From Macrostomum lignano (taxonomy: Eukaryota), in contig NIVC01000249.1 in NCBI GenBank assembly GCA_002269645.1, forward strand, positions 1 through 64,000: a stretch of DNA of 64,000 nt, given 5' to 3'. The notes below the pieces were generated by a model. That model was not told where the DNA came from, did not search any database, and worked only from the letters and a program-made list of their open reading frames with translations. The stretch's first letter is position 1. Every line of letters begins with the position of its first letter. A program made the translations under genes and the position numbers. Below, in pieces: positions 1-12,610 of the stretch.

Positions 1-3000
1 CTTTGTCATGCGTTACCTCCAATCGACTAGCTCTCTATGACTATTATTAAAATGCGACCAATTTGCCAACTAGCTCCATTTGATGCATTGACAACCACTG
101 TATAGTTTCCCAATAGCTCGAAGGCATGGTACACAATAGCACTGGAGTCCTTAGCAAATGTAGTGGCAGATTCAATTCTGATCGGTTCAGTCGAGTCTCC
201 AAATTCAAAAGTCGTAGACAACATCAGTTCCATTTGTTAGCAAAGCACTGATGCTGATATTTACCCCAGGTGTAGTAGCAACTGACTTGCTGTAACAACC
301 AAGCCGCTCACAGCTTCAGTGCAAGTCACAGAAAAAGTGGCAACTGCAGAAGAGAAAGTTCCAGCACAAAACAGTTGCTTTGCTCTGCAGAGCGAGCGCC
401 TCTTGAGTGCAGCTCAGCGATAGAGCAAAGGCGAATTGGACAATACCACCTCCTGTTCTGATGATTTGTTTAGGAATGTGGTGTTGCAGGTGACATTGGT
501 TGGCTGTTTGGCACCGGTGTGGCTGAGCTGCAGGTCGAAAGTTCCGGGTGGACAGGCGACATCGGGACTGCACTTAGATTGAGGCCAATGATTGGATTCT
601 GGCGACTATGCCGCTAATGCGTGTTGTCTCCGAGTTTCTGGAGCTCTTGGCACTGACAAATAGGTCGAAAATTCCGATTTTAGTAAATTTGTACGGCACT
701 GGTAGCTCTTCCCAAAAGGACACAGGCTCTGGATGAACTTTTGAAACATTATTCCCACCGGAGCTCCAAATATAATATGTCACATCCGTCCCGTTAGTGA
801 CATTCAAGAAAACATTCGTCGCGTAAAACGTCCTCCAGGCAGTTTTTTTTACCCATGCGCTGAGGCCGTAAATATCAATTGTGGATAAAGACGGACTTCG
901 AAGTCCTTTCTTACACTGCCGAAATGATTTTCGCACGTAAGTGTCGATTTTACAACCGAATTTTTAGGGCTATAGACGAATGTGAAGTTCAGTTGTTTGT
1001 CCACCGGTATTCTCAGCTTTGTGAATTTATGGTTAGCGTTGAAGTATAAATTGAATGTGCAGTCAGCAAGTAAGTAGGATCCCGTGTCGCCAAAGGCCAT
1101 TTGTAGCGAAAAGGTGACATTCAGAGGAGCAAAAGCCCGCTGATAGCTGATAGTAGCCAGAAGCGCCGATTCTAGTTCGGGATTTACAAGCACAATCTGT
1201 GTCTTAGTGAATGTGGTGAAGTTGTTGTAGTAACGCACGGTGACATTGTGCTCTCGCAAGTCAAGCCCGTACGAAACTTTGTAATGGATCTCTTTGTTAT
1301 GAAAGCTAGTCGCGTTGTCATTTTCTAGCCAGTTCCACCTATAGACGGTGTTTTTCCAATCTGGGTAGACCATAGCGTCGATATAGGTCCCGTTAAACCA
1401 CTTAATCGAAATGGAAAGGTTCGAAGGATACTTGACCGGGTTGGGCAGTAGCTTGAGTGATGCTCCATGCATTGGGATTCCTAAAATGATTTTAAAGCAA
1501 GTGATTCATTTTTTACTTGCTAGAAATCGATGCTTTTGTTAGCTAATATCTTTATGCATTTTATTGAATTTCTATAAATTGCCTCTAGTGGTTAAATGAA
1601 AGCTAAAATAAAACGAACGAGACGCTACTCACCCTGACATTTAAATTGGCTAGAGACATTAAAGCAGAAGTCCTTGTTCGAATAGTTGTTATCGATGAAA
1701 CTCGGCATGATCCAGTTGGTCATCTGAGCGCATATTGAGCCGTACTTGCCGCACTCATCATAGGCAATCCGAAAAACGGCGAAGCAGGTGATCACGGCGG
1801 TAGCAGATTGCTTCAGCCCCTGAATTGAGCTTTCTGGACAGTCGACCTGGTAGGGCAAAATGTCAGGCCAGCCGCCATTGCTCTTTAGCTGCACGAACGG
1901 ATAGAAATTTCTCTGAGGGGGAAGCACCGGGTCTATCAAAGAGCCGCTGACGTGCCGAATGTGTACGTTCAAGGTAAGATTGTGCGAATAGATGGGCACC
2001 CAGGGAAACTCGCTGTTCTCGGGGGACTCAATTGTGTCAACGGCAAACTCTGCATCTGAAATAATTAAATTATTATATTAAGCTCGATAATTGTATGAAT
2101 AGCACTTATTCGTAATGTTTTAATAAAATTACTTACATATGTCGCAATACGTATCAACCGGATGGCAAGCGATACTGTTGCTCAAATTGAATTCGGAATA
2201 CGTGGCATCGATTGGGTTGTAAAATACGACACAAAATAATGCAGTATTATTGCACTGAGTCTGATTCAGCTCAAATGGCTGAGACCAGACGGACAGGTCG
2301 ATAACATCGCCTGTGGTGTATGCCTGCTTATAGAGTGACGGGTCGTGGACTTGCAGCACCTGTCTGTACTGGGTGGTGGCGTCTAGGCTACTCCGGATTT
2401 CCGAGTCGCTGCCGTTAGTCAGTAGGTCTCCACTTGTTACGTGTAGAACAGCTTGAAAGTTACTATCGGTAACGTCCTCCACAGCCACTATAGGATATTC
2501 CAAGGAGTTTATCGTAATAGTCAGATTGTACGCTACACTGATGCTAGCGTGTCGAGTGATAGGGTCTGGGGCCAAATGTGATATGATATAATTTGTTATA
2601 GCCGTGTCTCCATTCGGTCTGCATTTTAAAATTTCCGTGATGTCACGACAAGCCGCGTTGTTCTGCTCGTTCATGTCCGCCACAGTCTCGTTTTCGCCGG
2701 CTGTGAATCCAACGCAGTAGTAGGAGATCGAATTGCACTTTGCGCCGATTGGAACCGTCGAGTTTGCGCACACCTTGAAATCGATGGACTCCTTGACATC
2801 GAGTCCCGAGTTCACGTCTCCTGACAACACACTCAGAGGACCGTGTAGGTGATGCGGCTCAATCGGTTTCAGGGTCGGGTACCAAGTTGAGGATTGGTTA
2901 AGATAGTATGAGAAGAATTGTGCCAGCTTTTTAGGCGGCGATGTCGAAGGCACGGAGCCGCTTCCTCTGTTCAAAATGAATTTCAGGTCTGAACAAATCT

Positions 3001-6000
3001 GTACTGTGTGGTTTCTGACAAGCGTCGAGCTCACAGTCGGGTTTTCTACTCGCTTCGCAGAGAAGTCGGCTACCAGACTGCAGCCTTCGGGCTCATTTCG
3101 CGCTGGCTAACGCAGTCGCAGGTCGACTCGATGGTGCTGCCGCTGGGGAGGCACACCGTTCTGTTAGCTTGGCAGTCAGCGTCCAGGGTGCAGGGATCGC
3201 CAAACATGAGCGCTGCAACTGTACGAGAAGCAACGGGTTGTTAGAATTCTGAACGCTGACTTCCTTACTTTGCATTATTAAACGGTTCTAATGGGCAGGA
3301 AAACTCACCTTCAGTGCTAATCGAGCGATTGAAGACCAGGCTCATTCGTACGTTGAGATGCGTGTCGCTCTCAAATGTCGGTTTCCACCACATCCGTGAG
3401 CCGACAGACACATTGTCGCCAGCCAGCTTCACGACTGACTGGAGGCCGCAGTCGGGCTGCCACCAGGCAAATAAGCCACCTGAAGATTCCGGGCAGTTGA
3501 GGCCGGAGAACAGACCAAACTTTGCTGAATTCTGAAGCAGAAAATAGTCCTCGTCTAGAAATCCGCTCAGACAGTCCTGCACTTTCATCCGGTAGCCTTC
3601 AGCTCTGGAGCCGACACTCCAAGACCCGCATTCGATGTACTTTCCAGACCCGTTGGAGTTTGTGACATCAACTCGCAGGAGCAGCGGCCATTTTGATGAG
3701 AAAAAATAGGGCAGCAACTCAAGGAAGTCTAGTCCAGTCCAGAAGCTGGTCGAGGCGTCTATAGCCGATTCGGTGAAGTCCAGCATCATTTGAGTTGATC
3801 CCCTGGCAAATCCGACTCGATAGTCTGGCAGTGACCTGCCTGTGTTGAAGTCTTCGTGCAGATTCTGGTACAAAACCATCGATTGATTCACACAGGGGAG
3901 CTTCATTGTGCCCAGGAACGGGTGCGTCAACAGGATGTATCTTTGATAAGAGTTACAGGATGTCCACGTGGCTGAAAAATTACCGCACCGAGAAATGAAC
4001 GAATTTTAAGTAACTCAAGAAACCTTTAGGTAAATTTAAAAGGCTGTCGATGATATTTTTCACTAAAAAGTATCGATTCAATTTTTTTAAACTGATTGTC
4101 TCTCCTGTTCATCTTTACCACACTTGGCCGAAATTCGCAGAGACCATTAACTTATACGCTCGTTTTTAACTTCAAAAACTTTTGCCAGCCTATGCAATAC
4201 AAAATTAATCCCAAGTAACTCAATTAGTAAAAATAATTAATAATTGATTACACCAGCCCCAGTTGGGCCAGATGTGCAACGACAGCTCAGCCGCAGCTAT
4301 TGCGCGGCGCATCTGAAGGCTGCGTACGGCAGTTCAGTCCAAGGACTGGGGAGTCGCCACACACCCTCAATTACCCCAGCTAATGCTGGCACCCCTTTTA
4401 CAGCAGGGTGAACTGAAGCAATGCAGAGTTGAGTGTACTGCTCAAGGACACAAACAGCTGTTCCAGTGCGATCGGGAATCGAACTCCAGACCTTCAAGTC
4501 GTGAGCCCGACGCGCTGACCAGTAGGCTACAACCCCCCAATTAATAATTCCAGTAAAAAAGAAGTTGTGCCCATAAACTCACGAGGAATAGTAGTGGCCA
4601 CTCCATAGAGGTCCAGCTTCACTCCCATGCGCCGGCCCTGGTCCCTCCACATGTTTCTGAGCTTCAAGCGATTCGTGTAAATCAGATTAGCGAACAGCAG
4701 GTAGGTTGGGACGAAATAGTTCTCCGGCAAAATGCGGACGGCACCCTGGAATCAAAGAACGAATTCTAGTTTAGTTGGAAGATCCTGCTTAGAGACGCAA
4801 TAAATTTGAGTTGCATCTATCGATACACTTGCTGCATCAAACCCACCGGTTTGCCAATCTGCAAGTCCACTGAAGCCAGCTCATAGCTGGAGGTCAACTC
4901 GTTCAAGTACTCAATTTTCAGGTCGATTCCCTCCGGAAAACGGGCCGTATCGACTTGGACACCCGGGCCCATCACCGATACCGCTTGCATGATGTACTTC
5001 TGAGGTAGTGTCATCTGCAGTTTCAAAAAGAAATCTTTTAAACGCAATAATCAACATGTGAAGAAAGCAAAAATATGAGAATTCAATTATTTAGTACGAA
5101 TTTTTTAATTCGCTCAACTTAATTTTTTTTTAAATTACGAACTTTAAATCTTTAAAAAGTTCTGTAAAAAGCCCTTTGATTCTCAGTTTCTCTATAAATT
5201 TTCAGCGCAATTTTGTCATTCAAATAAAGTTTTCTGTTGAGAACTTGCGAATCGGGAACAATTTGGGGCAAGATAATTTCACGATAACGTCACGATATTC
5301 TCAGGATAATCTCAGGATAATCTCTCAGGATAATCTCAGGATAATCTCTCAGGATAATCTCAGGATAATCTCTCAGGATAATCTGACGATAGTCTCGTGA
5401 ACAATTCCATTGATTTACTATACTAAAAGTCATCATTTTTGCGAGTGCCCTATTGAAGTATATTTCAATCTCTTGATGACGCTAACCGGAGCCCAATGGA
5501 TTTTTCTGCAGGAAGTGAACAGATTCAAAACAATGAATTTAGCTGAGAAAATTGAAGCCTCCATCCTTTTTCAGACTGCAGTGCAAAAACTGCGCACAGT
5601 TCTACCGGATGAAGTGTAGGGACCCCGAGTCTAAAAAACTGCCCAATTGCTTTCTGAGCCTGCGGGTGGCAGTTGTTAGTGCCGACTCAAAAATCGCAGC
5701 GCATCAACATTGGTCTTTGTTTTCAATCACCAATCCAAAAAACAGTTTAAAAGATTTGAAAGGAACTAGGCTGCTCAGAGTTAAAAAAGATTTGCTAGAC
5801 AATGGCAGACCACCATTGAAAGCGAAAATGCAAAAAATTGTTGAATGAGACAAGCTGAGGCCGGAATGTCTCGTTCCGGTTCCCGGAAGTGATGCTGCAG
5901 TAAGACTGCATCAGAATCGATCAAACTATGAGCTGTGGTAGATTTTTTCGCTGGTTTTGGAGCTAGACATTGGTAGACTTTCTATTGTCTTGGATCTTCA

Positions 6001-9000
6001 TTGTCCTATTGTTAGACAATGGTATTGCAATCGATTGCGTCTATGGTTTTGGAGTTAGGCATTGGTATTGCAATCGATTGCGTCTATGGTTTTAGAGTTA
6101 GGCATTGGTATTGCAATCGATTGCGTCTATGGTTTTGGAGTTAGGCATTGGTATTGCATCTATGGTTTTGGAGTTAGGCATTGGCAGATTGCGTCTTTGG
6201 TTTTTGGAGTTTTTCTAGAGTGGCGAAACCAATAATGGCTACAATCAATCATTGACCATGACAAACCATATGTATGAACACACTGTACGTCTCACGAAAT
6301 GTACTTTTAGTAGCGATGATTTCGAAGTCTTGAATAATGAGTTTAGCGTGGGACAATGCCCTAAAACTCTAGCCTTTACCTCACACTTTAAGTCTTCTTT
6401 CCCGTGGCACCTGCTACGTATTTCGTTCGGCTGCGTTCTCAACCATTGGGCTGAACTGAACCGGATGAAAATTTTGAGCAATGACTCAATGTTGACTTCG
6501 GACCCAGCTTAAGGGTTTGCCTCATCACCCAGATAACCCAATCCCACAATTTCCCTTGGATTAAACTGGAAGCTTGAGAGGTAGATGTATTACTAGGCCA
6601 GTAATCCAACTTAATTCCAAGGAAAAACTTGCCACAGGCATTTTAATTTCAAATGCAAGTTCAGCTTTCTAAAAGCAGAGAAAAGCTATTCTCAAACTCA
6701 CCATGATAAGGCCGAGTCCCAGTAGCCCATGTTTTCTTTATTCTGAAACTGAGCTTCCAGTGGCAGCTGACCCCATGTGCAGCATTTCTTGCGTGAGTAC
6801 TCCAGCTTCTCAATAGTGTTGGTTGTGTAACCTCCATCAGTCATGATGTTTTCTGCATCTGCAAAGAATTTTGTTAAGTATTCTTCAGCTTATTCTTCAG
6901 GAATCTCTTTTCGTCACAGCTTTTGTTCGAAATCCTCCACCAAATCTTCTCTGGATGTCTCGCTTCTCTCCTACGCATCACTTAAATTTGCATATTAATA
7001 TCATTGTGTCTAATACGCCCAAAAATTATCCAGACAATGGCTTGTACTAACTTCGGCAGTGCACCGAAATCGCATTGTATCTTGCGTCCTCAATCTCATT
7101 TTCAACGGAGTAGAAGTTTCTGAAGTCCTTTCTAACCAGGGTGAAGCTGGTGAAGTCGGACCCGGCAGTGCTCGAGTTCGCCCAGTAGACGTAGTTACAA
7201 CGCGACAGGACGGACTCGTCCAGACAGATGCGCAGAGCCTCAAACAGGTTGATGCTGGCTCGGGGAATCTGGACAGTCCTGTCAAAGGTGCCGTGCGTGA
7301 GGTACCTGCGACCGCGCTGAACGTTGTAGTACGGATTCCGGCACCTTCTTGTCTTCGTTGTGGCTGAGGGAGAAAATGCGGCAGCTGGTTAAAAAAGTTC
7401 TTTGGCACTTTTTTAGTAAAAGGCTCTATTTCCATAGCAATGCACTAGCAATCTAGTGCCCTCCTTGGGGCACCCAATGAGCAAGGAGCAAAAATTATTC
7501 ATGAAAATTCATTGAAAAGCACATTTTCTTAAGAATCAATTCCTTCTTCAGTTTTATAAACCACCTTATTCGAATAAAAATGTCACGGACAAAGATGTTT
7601 GCTATAAATCTCTTTTTTTCTAAAAGTAACAAAAGGACACAACAAAATAAAGCCTTCACAAAGATAATAGGCATTCTCCCTAAATAGCAAGCATCCCCAA
7701 GACAGCAAGCATCCCCCCAAATAGCAAGCATCCCCCAGATAGCAAGCATCCCCCAGATAGCAAGCATCCCCCAGATAGCAAGCATCCCCCAGATAGCAAG
7801 CATCCCCCAGATAGCAAGCATCCCCCAGATAGCAAGCATCCCCCAGATAGCAAGCATCCCCCAGATAGCAAGCATCCCCCAGATAGCAAGCATCCCCCAG
7901 ATAGCAAGCATCCCCCAGATAGCAAACATCCTCCCAAATAGCAAGTATCCCCAGATAGATTAAAGCTATGTGTTGAATAGACATACATAAAAGCATGGAA
8001 ATTCTGGAGTTGCCGAGCTCTTTGGAGACTCCCAAAAAGTTAGGAGGATGTGAGAATGAGCGAATTTACTGATCCAAATCAATTTCAGAGGCCGTATCTA
8101 TCAATAGATAAAAAAGCTTAAAACACACTTGAATCTGCATTTTACCTGGCTTCGTCTCACAAAGCGTGCTTGCAAGATGTCCCTCAGACAGATGCGAGGT
8201 CCAGAGCTCGAGCCCTGCCATGCTCGTGGCGAGCCAGTGCCCGTATTCAGGGTTTCGGGCGTCCCAAGCCATCCACCCCGGCTTGTCCTGCGTGCCGTCC
8301 AGCACCCAGGAGTCGCTACTGTTATCATAGACCACACCGACAAACACGCTGTAAGGATCGTCCGTTCCATCCTGAAGTGAAGCCAGCGTCACCATGATGT
8401 TCGCTTCGAAGGAGTTCGGCGTGAAAATGCGACCGCGCGAGCCCCACTCGATGCCGCTGCAGAGCTGCTGGGTGATGTTGCGGTGGCGGGGCCCCGCGCG
8501 ATCGGTGCCTGCATAGTAGCAGAGACCATTCAGGTAGACTGAGGAGCCCGGGCACTCTGAAACCGTGTGCGTCATTCGTAGTAGGCAGTTTTTATTAACT
8601 GCATCGAAACCATAGTTTACATCATATATAGTAACGTAAGTCATATAGGTTAGGAGGTAATAGGAGGTACTGATGCAATTCATTCATAGTAAGGCAGGCA
8701 GTATTTTAAATTTGTGTCATTGTGTCATCGATAGGGTGAATCGCACAGGCCCGAAGCTAATATTCCCTTCAGGAACCCAAATAGTGTTAATTAAATGCCG
8801 AATCGAATCTAGGAGTATACTGTGAGTGCCAGAAGTATGAATATTGCGTCACCCTTACCAAAGTGTTGAGAACTTTGTTTAACTGGTTGCAATCTTAGTG
8901 GAACTATATCGAGCCACTTACCGTCGGCTACGCAGCCGTAAATCGACATCCGAATCGTGCAATTCGACGGGGTCAAAATGAGCACCCTCAACCGGCCGGC

Positions 9001-10016
9001 AGTGATTGTTGCGTTCAGATCGCTGGCGATCGCATCACCTTCTTCCAAAGACACCATCTGCAATGAAAAATTAAGCGTGCGTTTCTCGCGCTTTCTGCAA
9101 TAGTGTGTTGCATAGCATTTTTTTTATTTCTGAGCTTACGTAAGGCGCCTCCACCGGAGTACCATCCGCGGTTAGAAAGCGCAGCTTGACTCGCACGGGC
9201 TCCGAGCTGCAGCTCGAGCCGCTCATACTAATGTTGACCTTGGTCACGTGATAGACGTCGTCAAAAATTACAGTTTCATTCTTTTTCACGCTGAAGATTG
9301 TCTCGGAAATATTCACTGCACCGATCCGGTACTTCGAAATGACCGGGCAATCTGCAGCAATTGCGGAGAACAGTTAGTTTCAAATCTACTCATTAAGCAA
9401 ACTTAGGAGGTATCACTAGAGGCCTGTTCTCACCCGCAGCCTTTCCGATGAACTCAATTTTCAGCGACTTGTTGCCAACGAAGCCTGTCGGAGTCAGCCT
9501 AAGCACTCGGGCGGCAATGGAAAAGGGCAAATTGTGCGTCTCCGCTGCATCGACGGCCGTTTCGTTCGAGGTGACACCGGGAAGATTCCGAATCGGGGCA
9601 CTGTAAGCCCACAGGATGTAACTCGAGTACTCCAATTCGAATAGCGAGATGTAACTGTCGGCGGAGCCCTTGCCGATACTGTAGCCCCAGATTTTTGCAT
9701 CACGGGAAAAGTGAACACAAAGTAGTCCGTAGCACTGTAGCCGTCTGAGTAAAACTGTCCATTGAAATTGGTGTCATTCCACCGCCACGGGAGCTTCACG
9801 GCCACCGGAGGCGAGGCCGCATCGCCTGCGTCGAACGCCGCCACCTGGTGAGCAGCGAAGGTGACATACGGACCGGGAGCAGATCCTGCAGAGGGGCAGA
9901 CAAACGATTAATTTACGTTTCTACGAGTAAGTCCACAAGCTCTTCAATAGCATAATTGGTTTACCTTGCGCTACGGCAATCGCTACAGCGGCCCAAGTCA
10001 GCAAAGCTGAGAGCAT
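1..10016 (-). CDS. Large secreted/membrane mosaic protein, polycystin-1-like (PKD1L/REJ-type) N-terminal part: signal peptide, F5/8C x2, C-type lectin, PAN-like Cys module, F5/8C, fibrinogen-like domain, EGF/EB-like module, PKD repeats; 3' end beyond the window
   Basis: Minus-strand exons with GT-AG ends: 10016-9965 (MLSALLTWAAVAIAVAQ signal peptide), 9885-9434, 9351-9140, 9057-8922 (IRMSIYGC), 8556-8146 (CTLD: CYY..C..VFVG..W..W..LCE), 7363-7052, 6858-6702, 5014-4847, 4745-4583 (VKLDLYG), 3971-3309 (FReD: YRVGF..FWTGL..LRVDV..YRMKV), 3212-2137, 2055-1633, 1480-1 (PKD: NGTDVTYYIW; FEFGD..HAF..GNYTVVVNASN). Several 1-nt indels are needed to keep the frame. Confidence 0.8.
4246..4538 (-). mobile_element. 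tRNA-derived SINE, long copy
   Basis: Head GGGGTTGTAGCCTACTGG (A box)...GAGTTCGATTCCC (B box), then GTGTCCTTGAGCAG core. Flanked by an 11-bp direct repeat aattaataatt at 4235-4245 and 4539-4549. Same head and tail as 21178-21352. Confidence 0.85.
5298..5388. repeat. 24-bp minisatellite (caggataatctctcaggataatct)
   Basis: About 3.5 tandem units, intronic. Confidence 0.85.
6010..6210. repeat. 43-bp minisatellite (ttttggagttaggcattggtattgcaatcgattgcgtctatgg)
   Basis: About 4 degenerate units, intronic. Confidence 0.85.
7686..7958. repeat. 18-bp minisatellite (gatagcaagcatccccca)
   Basis: About 14 near-perfect units in the intron; source of the spurious WGMLAI/GDACYL ORFs. Confidence 0.95.
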
Positions 10017-10643
10017 CGAGCTGCGAACCTGAGTAGCAGTGGCTGCAGCAGTCCGTAATTTGCGTCGAATTTGCTTCGATAAGTCAGCCCAGATGGGTAG
10101 CGGCTCAGCTGAGGAGCAGAACTCTGCGATACGAGGGACCCCCTTCGACTGTCTTTTATCATTGAATTCTCACCTTAGCTCTCCTTCGTCTCCTCTGCTC
10201 CAGTCTTTATGATTTGTATATTTTTCCACGTTACCTTGGTTGCCATGGTTACTGAATCCAGCGAATAGGAAAATCAAGGAGACACCCACGTAAGATCCAG
10301 GAAACAGTGGAAAATTTCTTTTGAAAACTCAGCTCTGTACTTTTTTGTCAAAAATGCTATCGATGCCGCGCTAGTGGCGGGCTGTGAATTCAAACAGAGT
10401 GGATGCGCTAGTTAAAAAACTCAGGCAACAGATTTTGAATGACACCTTCCTATGCTACTGGCAGTAGTCTATGGAACTTTATCAATCTTTCAATCCGATT
10501 GTAGCGAAAATGGCTAGCAATAGATACGAGCATGGACAATGGACCACTGAAGTCGAAGGACTTTACACTCAATTTTAGTTGACTGCTGGTATTAAAATTT
10601 TAAAAGATTTTCATCCGTTGTATATAGTCAGGTTAATTTTTCA

Positions 10644-11090
10644 CCAGGGGCTTTAGCACCAAGAGGCGCCAGTACCAAAGGACGCCAGCACCAGAGGCGC
10701 CAGAACCAGAGGCGCCAGAACCAGGGGCGCCAGCAACAGGGGCGCCAGCACCAGGGGCATCAGCACCAGGGGCTTTAGCACCAAGAGGCGCCAGCACCAA
10801 AGGGCGCCAGCACCAGGGGCGCCAGAACCAGGGGCGCCAGCAACAGGGGCGCCAGCAACAGGGGCACCAGCACCAGGGGCGCCAGCACCAGGGGCACCAG
10901 CACCAGGGGCACCAGCACCAGGGGCACCAGCACCAGGGGCACCAGCACCAGGGGCACCAGCACCAGGGGCACCAGCACCAGGGGCGCCAGCACCAGGGGC
11001 ACCAGAACCAGGGGCGCCAGCACCAGGGGCGCCAGCACCAGGGGCACCAGCACCAGGGGCACCAGCACCAGGGGCGCCAGCACCAGGGGC
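10644..11090. repeat. 15-bp GC-rich minisatellite (ggcgccagcaccagg)
   Basis: About 28 units upstream of gene 1; source of the GAPGA-repeat ORF. Confidence 0.95.
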
Positions 11091-11757
11091 CAATTTTGAA
11101 GCAGCCATTCCTGAGAGATGCAAAACTATTTATATTTCACCTTCTCGACAAACGACCAACCACTGAATTCGTCTACCCACTCAGTTTTTTGAAAAGAATC
11201 TTTAAAACAAATTCCTACTGCTAGTAGTAAAGATAGGACTATTATATACTAAAGCCCGAAGTGTTTTATTTAAACAAAGTAATTATATCAAATGACTGTT
11301 TTTAAATTGTCTTTGTGCATTATAATAGCAAGCGCAATATAACAATATAAGAACGCCAGATCCCCTTACCTGTCCATCAACATCTGTCCCACTCACCAAC
11401 TCAATATTGCTGGAAATTTCCCTATTCCCCATTCTGTCTCAATTTCCAAGCAAAAAAACAGCAGCAATCTCTTTCCAGCCCGACATCCGGCTTTGAGCTG
11501 CCCCATAGTCCAGTCGAATTTGATACCGAACTGTTTTTCACGCACCTGCTCAATATTTGATTGAGCTGTTATCATTTCCAAAGAGACTCTTCCCTACTGT
11601 TGGGAATAATAATCCCTATTTAATTCCCAAGCAAGTCTCTTCGATCTTGTTTATTAGGTATTGAGTTCAGACCTGGCCAGGGAATTACGGCATCTACATG
11701 TAATGCCGATTATCACTTTTTACCTTCATATCGTGCATAAGGGGCCGCCCCCCATCG

Positions 11758-12610
11758 CCCAGTCATATGAAATGGCGCCTAATCATATGAAATGGCGTCC
11801 AGCTGAATAAAATGGCGCTTAATCATATAAAATGGCGCCCAGTCATATAAAATGGCACCTAACCGAATGAAATGGCGCCCAATCGAATTAAGTGGCACCG
11901 AGTCATATAAAGTGGCGCCCAATCGATGAAATCGCGCCAAATCATATAAAATGGCGCCCCGTCGAATAAAATGGCACTCAATTATATGAGATGGCGCCTG
12001 ATTGAATGAAATGGCGCCCAATCGAATGAAATGGCGCTCAATCATATGAACTCGCGTCCAGCTGAATGAAATGGCGCTCAATCATATGAACTCGCGTCCA
12101 GCTGAATGAAATGGCGCTCAATCATATGAACTCGCGCCCAATCGAATGAAATGGCGCTCAATCATATTAACTCGCGTCCAGCTGACAATGGCGCTCAATC
12201 ATATGAAATGGCGCCCAATCGAATGAAATGGCGCTCAATAAAATGAAATGGCGCCCAATCGAATGAAATGGCGCTCAATAATATGAAATGGCGCCCAATC
12301 GAATTAAATGGCGCCCAATCGAATTAAATGGCGCCCAATCGAATTAAATGGCGCCCAATCGAATGAAATGGCGCTCAATCGAATGAAATGGCGCCCAATC
12401 GAATGAAATGGCGCTCAATCATTTGAACTCGCGTCCAGCTGGATGAAATGGCGCTCAATCATATGAAATGGCGCCCAATCGAATGAAATGGCGCTCAATA
12501 ATATGAGATGGTGCCCAATCGAATGAAATGGCGCTCAATAATATGAAATGGCGCCCAATCGAATTAAATGGCGCCCAGTCATATGAAAAGGCGCCCTATC
12601 GAATGAAATG
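11758..12610. repeat. 20-bp minisatellite (aatcgaatgaaatggcgccc / aatcatatgaaatggcgctc)
   Basis: About 40 units with recurring variant types. Confidence 0.95.

Noticed and set aside
6245-6512. Possible extra exon of gene 1 (CSAQWLRTQP..KCE|GTAAAG) that would fix the phase
   Set aside because: It overlaps a dispersed repeat and has no domain similarity; a one-base loss at about 6718 explains the phase more simply. Unresolved without cDNA.
9700-9712. Programmed -1 ribosomal frameshift at TTTTCCC
   Set aside because: Not an X_XXY_YYZ heptamer in the zero frame, and similar one-base losses recur at other homopolymers, which favours assembly error.
10653-11123. GAPGA-repeat ORF resembling elastin/silk
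   Set aside because: It is the translation of a 15-bp minisatellite that is open in several frames; no signal peptide or non-repeat domain, and no splice support.
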